64,000 bases of DNA from the human T2T-CHM13v2.0 reference genome, Homo sapiens: the NCBI RefSeq assembly GCF_009914755.1, contig NC_060937.1. The stretch is one strand, 5' to 3'. The notes below the pieces were generated by a model. It ran no database searches. It had not been told where the DNA came from and saw nothing but the letters and a program-made list of their open reading frames with translations. Positions 43,133-56,489 of this stretch are shown in pieces. The first letter of the stretch is position 1. Every line of letters begins with the position of its first letter. A program made the translations under genes and the position numbers.

Positions 43133-45510
43133 TATTGAAACAAATAATAAAAGAAAAACAATACACCAAAACCTCTTGGATACAGCAAAAGCAGTACTAA
43201 AAAATTTTTCCCCATTCAGTGCAATACTAGCTGTTGGTTGGTTATGACTTTTATTGTATTGAGGTATATTCCTTAATACCTAGATTTTTGAGGGTTTTTA
43301 ACATGAAGTGATGTTGAACTTTATCAAATGCTTATTCAGCATCAATTGAAATGATCATATAGTTTTTATCCTTCATTCTGTTCATACGATGTGTCACATT
43401 GATTCATTTGCCTATGTTGAACTATCTTTACATCCTGGGGATAAATCCCACTTGGTCATGATGAATGATCAAGTTTATAAGATCTGGAACATGACATCAA
43501 TGCCCACTTTCACCACTGTTATTCAACACAACTGGAAGTCCTAGCCAAAGCAATCAGACAAGAAAAAGAAATAAAGGGAATCCAAATTAGGGGGGAATAA
43601 GTCAAATTTTTTGGTTGCAGATGATCTGATATTTGGAAAAACCTCAAGACTTTACCAAAACACTATTAGAAATGATAAATTTCAGTAAAGTTGAAGAATA
43701 CAAAATTAACATTCAATGATCAGTAGTGTTTCTATATGCCAACAGCAAACAATCTGAAAAAGAAATCTAGAAAGTAATCCCATTTACAACAGCTACAGAT
43801 AAAATGAAATCCACAGAAATTGTGTATTTCACAAAAATGTGAAAGATATCTACAATGAAATAAAATACATAAAAATATGTATTTTACAAAAATATCTACA
43901 ATGAAAATAATAAAATACTGATGGAAGAAATTGAAGAGAACACAAAAAATGGAAACATATTCCATGTGCATGGGCTGGAAGAATCAATATGGTTAAAATG
44001 TCCATACTACACAAAGCAATCTACAGATTCAATGTAATCCCTGTCAAAATACCAATGACATTCTTCACAAAAATAGGAAAAACAATCCTAAAATTTATAT
44101 GGAACCACAAAAGATCCAAAATAGCCAAAGCTATACCAAGCAAAAAGAACAAAAGTAAAAGAATCACATTATCTGACTTCAAATTATACTATAGAGTTAT
44201 AATAACCAAACAGCATGGTACTGGTATAAAAACAGACACATACACCAACAGAACAGAATAGAGAACCCAGAAACAAATCCATACATCTACAGTAAACTTT
44301 TGACAAAGATGTCAAGAACATACCTTAGGGGAAAGTACAGTCTCTTCAATAAATGGTGCTGGAACAACTGGATATCCATATACAGAAGAATGAAACTAGA
44401 CCCCTATTGCTCATCATATACAAAAATCAAATAACAATGGATTAAAGACTAAAATCTAAGAGCTCAAACTGTGAAACTACTACAAGAAAACACTGGGGAA
44501 ATTCTTCAGGACATTGGACTGGGCAAAGACTTCTTGAGTAATACCCTATAAGCACAGGCAACCAAAGCAAAAATGAAGAAATAGGATCACATCAAGTTAA
44601 AAAGCTTCTGCACAGCAAAGGAAACAATCAACAAAGTGAAGAGATAACCCAAAGAATGGGAGAAAATATTTGCAAACTATCTATCTGACAAGGGATTAAT
44701 AACCAGAATACAGAAGGAGCTCAAACAACTCTCTAGGAAGAAATCTAATAATCCAATTAAAAAATGGGCAAAAGATCTGAATAGACACTTCTCAAAAGAA
44801 GACATGCCAATGGCAAACATGTATATGAAAAAGATTCTCAATATCATTGACCATCAGAGAAATGCAAATCAAAAGTACTATGAGATATCATGTCACCCCA
44901 GTTAAAATGTCTTTTAGCCAAAAGTCAGGCAATAGTAGATGTTTGCAAGGATGTGAAAAAAAGGGAACACTTGCACACTGTTTTTAGGAATGTAAATTAG
45001 TATAACCACTAGGGAGAACAATTTGGGGGCTCCTCAAAAAACTAAAAATAGAACTACCATACGATTTAGCAATGCCACTGTGAGTTATATACCCAAAAGA
45101 AAGGAAATCAGTATTTCAAAGAGATATCTGCACTCTCATGTTTATTGCAGCACTATTCGCAATAGCCATGGTTTGGAAGCCCTCAACAGACAAATGGATA
45201 AAGAAAATGGGGTACATCTACACAAGGAGGTACTATTCAGCCATAAGAAATGAGATCCTGTCATCTGCAACAAAAATGGATGCAAAGGAGGTCGTTATAT
45301 TAGGTGAAATAAGCCAGGAATGGAAAGACAAACTTCTCATGTTCTTACTTATTTGTGGGAGCTAAAAATTAAAACAATTGTACTAATTGATATAGAGAGT
45401 AGAACAATGATCACCAGAGACTGGGAAGAATAGTAGGAGCAGGGGGAAGGGGAGTAGTTAATGGGTACAAAAATATAATTAGATAGAATGAATAAGATCT
45501 AGTATTTGAT

Positions 45511-45790
45511 GGCAGGGCATGGTGGCTCAGGCCTGTAGTCCCAGAACTTTGGGAGGCTGAAGTGGGCAAATCATTGAGCACAGGAGTTCGAGATCAGCCT
45601 GGGCCACATGGGAAAACCCCATCTCTACTAAAAAAAATAGAAAAATTAGCCGGGTATGGTGGCATGTGCCTGTAGTCCCAGCTACTTAGGGGGAGTACCG
45701 CTTGAGCCCAGGAGGCAGAGGTTGCAGTGAGCTGAGATAGTGCCACTGTGCTCCAGCCTGGGTGACAGAGCGAGACCCTGTCTCAAAAAA
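45511..45790 (+). mobile_element. AluJ (Jb-like) inserted in the L1MA 3' UTR
   Basis: Dimeric Alu; AGTATTTGA repeated on both flanks. Confidence 0.92.
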
Positions 45791-46329
45791 TACATATATA
45801 TCCAGTATTTGACAGCACAATAGAGTGACTACAGTCAACAATAATTTATTATACATTAAAAAATAACTAAGAGGATAATTGGATTGTTCGTAACAAAGAA
45901 ATGATAAATGCTTGAAGAGATGGATACCCCATTTACCCTGATGTGATTATTATGCATTGTATGCATGTATCAAAATATTTCATGTACCCCTTAAATGTGT
46001 ACACTTGCTACGTAACCACAAAAATTAAAAATTAAAAAAAAAATCACAGAGTATTGGATTAGGCCAAAAGTGTGCATACAGAGTTTGTGCTTATTGTGCA
46101 TAGAGTTTCCTTCTTTATTAATGAAGCTTTCTGTTTTTCCTTTCTTTAGAGTTATCAATATACCCTAAGTAATTTATTTGTAACCGCATAGTTTGTTGGT
46201 AAAAAGTTCCCTACAATTTTCCTTATTTTCAAATATTACCAATGGCAGTAACTTAACACATTCATGGGAGCAAAGCTACAAAAATGTTAAGTCTGGCCAT
46301 ATAGAAAACCCTGGCTTGATGTGTGTTTA

Positions 46330-46550
46330 GTGCTTAAAAATCCCCAAATATATGAGATACATTATTACATATCATCTGACCAACAATTTTGTAGAGCAAA
46401 TATTGCAAATCCTGAATATTATAATACTCATTATATGCATGTAGATAAGTATAAAAACTGAAGCTCACAGAGGTTACTGCTCACCAATTAGGGCAAGTAC
46501 AGTTGCTGAAGTCCCAGCCTGCAGACTCAAGACCCTACTGCTCTTTCTAA
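46330..46550 (-). mobile_element. MIR SINE
   Basis: 'aaaactgaagctcacagaggtta' core and 'cagactcaagaccctactgctctt'. Confidence 0.6.
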
Positions 46551-49500
46551 TGCATGATGCTGATTCTCTTGAAGGTAAGTTTGGAATCTTCAGAGGTATG
46601 TGTTAGGCATGGGTAGATATAAGGATTCTCTGATAAAACCTCTGGTAGAGACATCCTGTGAAATGTCTGTGGTCTTTGTCTCTGGGTAATATCTGTCTAA
46701 TCCTCTCTTGAGCTCAGGGAGTTGCAATGGCTTAAGGCTGGAAGCACCAAGTCACTGAGCAGAGAAACATCCAGGAACAGGCATGCATGTATGATGCAGA
46801 ATGGCTGGGAATCATTCCATCATGTGACACCACTTTACGATATCTTCCTTTGTTATGTGTTCCTGAAAAATACTTTAGAAACATATCCTCTTCACTAAAG
46901 ACATTTCAGTAATTGACTCCTTAATTCAATAAATGAAAGCATCATTATTTTGAGGTCTAAGAATGGGTACGAGCATGGGGAGGGCAAAGTGTCATTTCTG
47001 GTTGAATTTCCTGAGAATAAGAACACCGGACTTTAAACAATATGATATGACTTTTTCCCCGAAACTGAAGTTATTTCTATCCTATTTAATGTCACATATA
47101 TTTTAACTATTATGTAAAAAACATTGTGTTAGATGTCAAAGGATATAAAGATGACTGAGATCATTTCTTCCCTCAAGGAATCGCCAATCCAATGAAAAGA
47201 TGAAACTCATCTTTCTAGAATACATTTTCCCGTGTTTATCTTTGAAAGAGTACACTGAATATTATACAACTTCTCCTTGATGACTGAGGGACATCATTCC
47301 AAGCCAGCTGATGTTCTGGGCCACAACAATAAGCACAGCTGCAGCTAGAAATGAGTGTGACAGGAGCTCAGGGCTATTGGTCATAGGAGTTAACCAAGAA
47401 CTGCCTTCTGCCATCTCAAATTGGGTGGATGAGGGGCTGGATAGATAACAGATATAAATACCCTGATGTCATGATTGCTTTTTGGTCTTTTCCCTTTTTC
47501 CTCCCATCCTATATATGAACCAAAGACCTGCTTCATGACTAATGTGCTTTGAACCAGCACAAAACCGCCATTAGCCATCAGTGAGGTATACAGGTAGCAA
47601 CAGCTGAAGACCTTTCCTGTCGGGCACCCTGCAGAGTGTCCAGGTCTGACCTAAATGTTACTCCTTATTGCTGGGCCTCCTCTAACGTCAGTGTCAGCTA
47701 CCCACCTCCTTTCATCACTTGAATTTCTAAACCAACTGGCATCACCCCTTCTAAGCTCTGCCAGTTATTCTGCTATTCAGAACTCTCCGTTCTCAAATTA
47801 CAATGTGTATAAAATGTCCAGCACAGTGCCTGACACAGAGCAGGCACTCAGTAAGTGCTAGAGCCCCTTTCCTTGTATTTCATAGTCTAATCTTTGATCT
47901 GACATTTTTCCTGTCTCTGTGTCTTTTTACGATCAGGTGGATATACATAGGTACTTCTTTATGGTTAGCAAACCAAAAAATCACAATCCATTACTTTCTA
48001 TTTGTATGTATCTGTGAATGAAGCTTTTTTTCCTTTTACCCCTGCATAAGATACTTCTTAGGTTATCTACACCTTAATAACTCATTTGCAACTGTATAGA
48101 TAGCTTAAAGGTTCTTTTTTATTTTCATAAATTTTCTCCACCCAGTGGTTATAATTTAATAAAGTAGTCACTGTGGCTGTATTTATATTTTGTAAGTAAT
48201 TTATGTTTTGGTACAATGAATAATTCTGGATGTGAGTTATGTGACTGTGAATATACAGTTTGAGCTTTCTAGAATCTCTTCACTACCATTCTGATGCTGC
48301 CTCCTCTCATCTAATGACAACAACCTCATAGAAGAGATAAAAGTCTAAGATTCAAATCTAAAAGGCAAAGCAATTATAAAGTATAGCACATGTAGCATCT
48401 AATTATTTTTCCACATATAATGTCACACATGCAATTGGAAAAATGTTCTTTTGTTATTTGTAACATAAACCATGTCATTTTATTTTATTTTCACTTCCTT
48501 GCAGACTCTCATTAAAGCTTGCACACATATTATTATTCCATTGAAAAGTAATAACTTCATTATTATGGCATAACAATTAATGTAAGGTGTATCAACACAA
48601 ATATTTAAAAGGACCATTACAAAAGTAAGAAAAACATTAATCTACTACTAGGGACTTACTTCATTCATGTAAGAAATTTTTCCATCTTCTGTCCATCTGG
48701 AGAAGAGCAAGATAAATTAATCTTTGGTTCCAAACATTTTTAGAGTTGTTTTATCAGGAAATAACTTCCTATTTTCCCAAGTTTTGAAATTTTGCACCTT
48801 CTCATAAGTATAAAAGAATCTCAGCATTTCACTTTGACCCATTTCAAATTTATATGGCAGATTTCCAAATGCTGGGAATTGCAAAGTGCCTGTTCTTAGC
48901 ACATGATATCTACCATCTGCCCTGGCCATCAGGATAGGGTCCAGATAGTTCTCCAACATAATATTGTAAAGTCAAAGTGCTCTTGGCATTTATGTAATAT
49001 TTTTGCAACATTTTGCAGGTGATAAATAAATTGTAACTTTTTCAAACTGGGACTCATCTAATTACATGCATGGGAGCACTTTTCTTGTGCTGTGTATTCA
49101 ACTGTGTATGCTTGTACCTGCTCATTCATCCTCCACACCCACCCCACACAATCTGTCCAACTGAGATTTGATCATGTGAATGCTGAGAAAGGCTAAAGGT
49201 TTGGTACCCATTCAAAATGATATTTTTAAAGTACTTATTCAACATTTATTAGATGGAGTTGGGGAAAACTTATTTTCCATTAAGAAAAGTATGTCTCTCT
49301 TTATGCTTAGTTAACGAACAGGATTAGTTCACGCACTAAATGAACATATCACTTTTATTTGGGTCAGTCTTTCATTTCACAATTTTGTGGTTTCTCATTA
49401 AGGGACAGCATTAGTTATTCATATTCAGGAGGGCAGAGGTAACTCTCACAGATATGGTTACAAAGTTACAAAACAGATTTCAAAGTTCTTTTATTTACTT

Positions 49501-51749
49501 TCATGTTGTTAAAACATTTCCCATAGTTTTTTTTTTTCAGTTCAGTTTTATGACTTACCGATCCAGGAAAATGCTTGGAAAGCACAGTAACAACTTTTAA
49601 ACTTAATATTAAAAACAAATAAAATTGCTCATTGCCAATAAACATACCTATGTAAAATACTACTCAGTGTAAGAATTTCAACTGACAGTGACCTGTCAAA
49701 TTCAGGCAATTCTAAAATAGGATGGTGGTGGTTACACTGTGCAAAATATTCAATAGAGAGAGTTCAGGAATGCCAATAATTTTTTGTTATTATTATCAAA
49801 ACATTCAATAAAGATAGTTCAATAATGGCAGCAACTCTTACTGTTATCTCCCTCCTATCCCACCTTGGGGGCCTTGTAATAAATTTTGCTTGCAAATTGC
49901 CTAAGTGTTATATGTGGAAAGCTAAGTTAACAGGTGTCATGTTTCCCATTTATACCACTGATGTTCCAATGCAAGGTGCCCGGGGAAACTGCCATCCCTT
50001 AATCCAGCTCTGCTCACCCAGACATACACATATACCCATCAATCCATCTGTTAGGCATTAAGAATTACAATAGTATAAAGAACAATCCTTTGGTGTACAT
50101 ATTTAAATGTTAAATATATACTGAAGGGTTTGAAGCAAGGATCTGGCAAACACGACTGCATCACACATTTGGTTCAGCCCTGTCTGGATGTCAGAATGCA
50201 TCCGTCATTTTGGATTTATGTATAATGACAGAAATCAAGTCACGACCCATGTAGTCTCAAAAGGCTACTTAGATGATGATGAAGATCCACAATACTCCCT
50301 GAAGTACTGCTGATTCTTCAACTCCATTAAGAATATACATCTCTGACATTTTAAATATCTTAAGTCAGTGATTTTGGCCATCTAGGAAAAACAATGTTGC
50401 AGCATGTAATTTAGGTAATTTCAACAGAGCCAGTTCAATCTTAAATCATTATTTCTAATGCATTCTGGCAATACTTTTTTTGTAAAGTGAAATTATACAA
50501 CACTTCCAGAAACCACAGAATGTGACTTAACAACCAATTACTTGTACAGTTTGCAAAACAAGTAAACCTCCCAGCAGTTGGGAGCTTGGCTGAGAGGCCT
50601 AGGCTTGCCCTTGGCATGGTACCTTGCTCTTTTCTATGAGTTCACATTGCTTTCTAGCCTGCTAATGCACTGGCCTTATGAACACAGATTCCCTAAATGC
50701 TCTCCAAGAGTCTGATATCACATTCAGGGTTAACACATTTTTTCCCTTGTTGCAATTCAGCAGTTTTTTACAGTCATTCATATCCAACCAATTGCTGTCA
50801 ACAGGCATCTTCACATATGAATGTTAATAGCATATTATTAAAGAGTTCCTGGTAATTTGTTTTGTGGGTAGAGTTGATGAGGGGTGACTATAGGAAGGGA
50901 AGCCAAAGGAAAAACATTTCAACTACTCTGGAAGCTGACCTCTGGAAAGCAGTCAGAGAGAACAGATGAAGGAGCCAGGCAAGCTCTTTTTGAATAAGAT
51001 GGTGTGTATTACAGCTAGGAAGAGCCAACAGAGTAGATCTCACAGTGACCAGCCCAGCTAACAGCAGTTGAAATTGTTAGTCATGAAAATACAGATGCCC
51101 CCTGTATGGATTACCCTCATATTTTCTCAGTCACTAGTTTGAGAGTATCATATTTGAGAGACAGAGTTTTTCTTGATAATTGAGAAAGATCAAAAAGGGA
51201 ACTGAATTTTCATTGGCAAAAAGACTACATAAATAGAAGCAACATCTTTGTTGGTGCCTACTTGTCATCAGCTAGAAAGGTCCGATTTTTTTTGCAAAAA
51301 CCTTAGGAACAGGATTCAGGGTACTTTCCAAAAGCGAAAAGTAAAGGCAGACTTCAGGGCTCCTAGAAAGTTTACATCCAAGAATTCCCTATAATGTAAA
51401 CTTGAAAATTAATGCTTTTTCCTCCACAAGAACTTGTTTCAAAAAGTTAGTCTGGTAACTCATTCTCATAAATTGTTCTTAGTATTTTTCTTGCAGATTT
51501 TCATGATATGGTTCCCAAAATAAATCAGTAGCAAGCATTATGATCTGTGCCTTCCACTTCAGCATAGTACTTTGCTCCATAAACATAATATAATGAACAT
51601 TTATGTATCACTACCTTTCTTACTTTTCTTTACTCACTTCATCATATCATCAACAAAATGTATTTGATACACAGTTGCAAATAAATATTAAGCTTTACAT
51701 TTTGTAATAAATATTTCTGAGTAATAAAAATGTTCCAACTGATCAAAAA

Positions 51750-51880
51750 ATTTGATATTTGATGATGGCATTTGAAGAGATGCATGTTTATTAGCTCAAT
51801 TTAGCCATTTCACATTGTATACATTTTTTTAAAACGTTGTACATGATAAACACATACAATTTTTATCAATTATAAAAAAT
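51750..51880 (+). mobile_element. L1MA 3'-terminal fragment
   Basis: 'ttattagctcaatttagccatttcacattgtatacat...catacaatttttatcaatt'. Confidence 0.7.
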
Positions 51881-51977
51881 TTTGAGTGTTATATTTGAGT
51901 GATAACAAATTTAGATGAGTTAACAGAATACATACATACCTCCTTAATAAATTTTATTGTTTACTAGTCCATCTTCA

Positions 51978-52089
51978 AAAGTTCATCATATTAACTACAG
52001 TCAGAAATTGGTTCCCAAAGTTCATTATATTTATTACAGTCAAAAACAGTTTCTAGGAAGTCTATTGTATTTATACAATTAAAAATGAC

Positions 52090-52090
<1 letters not shown>
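51978..52090. repeat. Degenerate 39-40-bp tandem repeat, three copies
   Basis: Units start at 51978 (aaagttcatcatattaactacagtca), 52017 (aaagttcattatatttattacagtca) and 52057 (gaagtctattgtatttatacaatta). Confidence 0.7.
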
Positions 52091-52788
<698 letters not shown>

Positions 52789-53599
52789 TCAGCTGTCCTA
52801 GGAATGCAGAATATAAAAGGTGGGGCAACAGGGCATGTGGTGCTTTCCTTAGTTTACTTTGACAATAAAAACTCCTATCTCTGTTGCTGCTGGAATAGCA
52901 TTTATTGGAAATCAGCCTCTCAACAGTCCTCACCCATCAGGAACAGGAATCTGCCATTAGCTTGACAGCATACAGAGCACCATATCAGGGTTACTATGGG
53001 AAGACTCTATTGTGGCATCAGAAACACAAAAAACACTGGATACAGTTAGTTTCTGTTGACAGTTTCAGAAGAAAATCCCACAGATTGGACAGGCTGCCTG
53101 CTGAAAGGGTTGTCACTACACACAGCATGCCCTGAACCCTGGAATGAAGTTACCCCTATCTGTGTGATCAGGAACTGAACAACTCTGAGGCTCTTTTTCT
53201 AAGCTCTTAGATTCCTGCAAGAACCTCACACTTACCTCCTCACCTGGCTTTGGACCTCAAGCTAAAAGTGCAAACAGTCTGCCTACTTTCCCCATAAACA
53301 TTTCCCCAAAATAAAGGGCTTTTTTTTTTTTTTTTTTAGCACTTGCTTACTTGTGTTCTCGCTTTCTCTGTCTTCCTCTCCCTCCCTCCTTCTCTCCCTG
53401 CTCACTGTCATCAGCTGGGTCCCAATCCAGTTTCTACACCTACATTCATGACTAATGACCCACCAGCAGCCCCTAAGAGCCACTAGGCTGTAATGAACAT
53501 TTTCCTACCAGTTACATGTGGTAGGTCTGGGAGGAGCCCCCCATTTCCAATGAGGGTATGTTAAATACAGTTAGAATGATGCGGGATGTGGACTCTGGA

Positions 53600-53767
53600 G
53601 CCTTGCTACATACAAAATGTGGTCTGAGGACCAGCAACAAGGCATCATGTGAGAACTTGCTAAGTATGCAGAACCTTAGACCCCACCCCAGAACTACTGA
53701 ATCAGAACATGCATTTTAACAAGATCTCTTGGTGATCTGAATGTACATTAAAGTTTGAGGAGCCTTG
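53600..53767. mobile_element. MER5-type hAT-Charlie MITE
   Basis: 'gaccccaccccagaactactgaatcagaacatgcattttaacaagatc...acattaaagtttgag'. Confidence 0.85.
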
Positions 53768-54367
53768 GTATAAAATTTGAATATATTTTGAGAGAAGACT
53801 GTGGAATTTGGTGGGGGATGGGGAAGTGGTAGGATTCTTATGTACAGGGCTATTTACAGAGAAAACAAATAACATTCATTAAATACTGAATAATTTACTT
53901 TCTTTAAAATAAGAGGAATAAATAAATCCAATTACTATATGTATAGGGCCTTGAGACATCAGTGAGCTTAAGGAATCTTCAGCAGTAAGGCTTAAATACC
54001 TATTCTTATTCTTTGTATTTTAATAAATCTGTTTGCATAAGAGCTTTAAATTGTATCAGTGACAAGTAGGTATGTTTTCATAATGGAATAATAGTGAGCA
54101 ATAACGCCCCCCAAAAGAGGCGGAGCAAGGCATAAGTAAACAAAATGTATGTGTGTCGCATACATTTCAACAGGTGAATCCAGCATGGCATGATGGAAAC
54201 TTAAGTTCCGGGGCCCACACAGGCCCCTTCCAAGGACCAGGAACTAACTTTGCATTCAAAATTTTGTTCTCTCTTCTTACAGACAGCCTCAAAAATTACA
54301 TAATCTTAAAACTTCACAAAACCTGGAACCATGCCTGATCTAATTAATCATGAAAACTCTTCTTAAG

Positions 54368-54851
54368 TTTATTATTATTATTATAATACTTTAAGTTCTG
54401 GGATACATGTGCATAGAACGTGCAGTTTTGTTACATAGGTATACACGTGCTATGGTGGTTTGCTGCACCCATCAATCCGTCATATGCATCAGGCATTTCT
54501 CCTAATGCTATCCCTCCCCTAGCCCCTCACCCCCCGACAGGCCCTGGTGTGTGATGTTCCCCTCCCTGTGTCCATGTGTTCTCTTTGTTCAGCTCCCACT
54601 TATGAGTGAGGACATGCGGTGTTCAGTTTTCTGTTCCTGTGTTAGTTTGCTGAGAATGATGGTTTCCAGCTACATCCATGTCCCTGCAAAGTACATGAAC
54701 TCGTCCTTTTTTTGTGGCTGCATAGTATTCCAGGGTGTATATGTGCCACATTTTCTTTATCCAGTCTATCACTCATAGGCATTTGGGTTGGTTCCAAGCC
54801 TTTGCTATTGTGAACAGTGCTGCAATAAACATACGTGTGCTTGTGTCTTTA
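54368..54851 (-). mobile_element. 5'-truncated L1PA (L1PA7-like) 3' end
   Basis: 'atactttaagttctgggatacatgtgc...gtttgctgcacccatcaatccgtcat' plus ORF2 end. Confidence 0.9.
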
Positions 54852-54860
54852 CGTTTGACA

Positions 54861-55469
<609 letters not shown>

Positions 55470-56489
55470 TAGAATTATATCACTATCATTCAAACTACAA
55501 ATGAAAATAACAATTTAATTGACACATGACCTAGGAATAATTCTGCTCATGTGTAAGAAAAACTGTTTGTAATGATATGGTTCATATCTTACTCTTCTTT
55601 CCATGTTATCATTTAACATGATTAAATTTAACAAATATATCGTTTGTTGACATTTCTCTCTCTTCCCTTCTTCTTTTCCTCCTATTTTAACTTAAAAACC
55701 TAACTACTGCAGAGGTGGGGAGGTACTAGAGGAAATATCCAAAAATGTTCCTCAGGAATTTTTGTTTAATTTTGTTTTATTATTTTCCTCAGGTTTGAAA
55801 CTCATATCTACTTACATTTTTTAAAGAATGCAAAAGGTAAAACAAGTAAACACACACACACACACACATATACATACATACACATATTAAAAAGATAAAT
55901 TCTGGTGACATTTTAGTGACTAGTATTTCAAACTATTTAGGTAAGATGTTAACAGTGTGGTTTTGAGAGTTACATGTGAGTGTATGTATGAACATATACA
56001 TAACTGTATGAAAGAGAGATCTAGAAATTGCTGTCCTGCCCACCAAACCACTGATACACCTTTTTCATACAGTTAAAGTAGCTGTGCCTCATCATGAGCT
56101 AGAATGTATTCCGTATGTATGGTTATCAATATAAACAATCTGCCAATGCTGGGCATTCCGTGTGTTTCTGATTTTCATTTTATAAATGAAGCTGCTATGG
56201 ATATCCTTATGCACGCTCCCTCTTGCTCTTTCCTTATTTTGTCCTGAGGACAAATCCCTGTTATGAAAATTGCGGGATAAAATTTTGGAACACAATACCA
56301 GTGTGCCTTCTGAAGAGTTTCATCAATTTACAGTACAATCAAAAGACAATTTCACTTTTAAAACATCATTTGCTAATTTGAGAGACAAAAAAGTCTGTTT
56401 TTGTTTATATGCTTACTTTTTAAACTTTTAAAGTAAAATACACATACAGAATAGCACACAGCTTGATGAGTTGCTGTTAATTTATTCCT

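Larger units (their letters stand above)
37882..46040 (+). mobile_element. L1MA-type LINE-1 (L1MA1-3-like): 5' UTR, ORF1, deleted/inverted ORF2 and 3' UTR, with nested insertions
   Basis: ~2 kb 5' UTR, decayed ORF1 (~39940-40760), ORF2 pieces (ORFs 43989-44261, 45138-45365), L1MA 3' end; degenerate TSD AATCAAAGTATTGAACTAGG (37862-37881) vs AATCACAGAGTATTGGATTAGG (46042-46063). Confidence 0.88.

Noticed and set aside
48717-48959. 80-aa ORF (MLENYLDPILMARADG...)
   Set aside because: No recognised homology and no convincing splice sites; length is within chance expectation.
52905-53135. 76-aa plus-strand ORF near the candidate promoter
   Set aside because: Non-ATG start, no recognisable family, no supporting splice signals.
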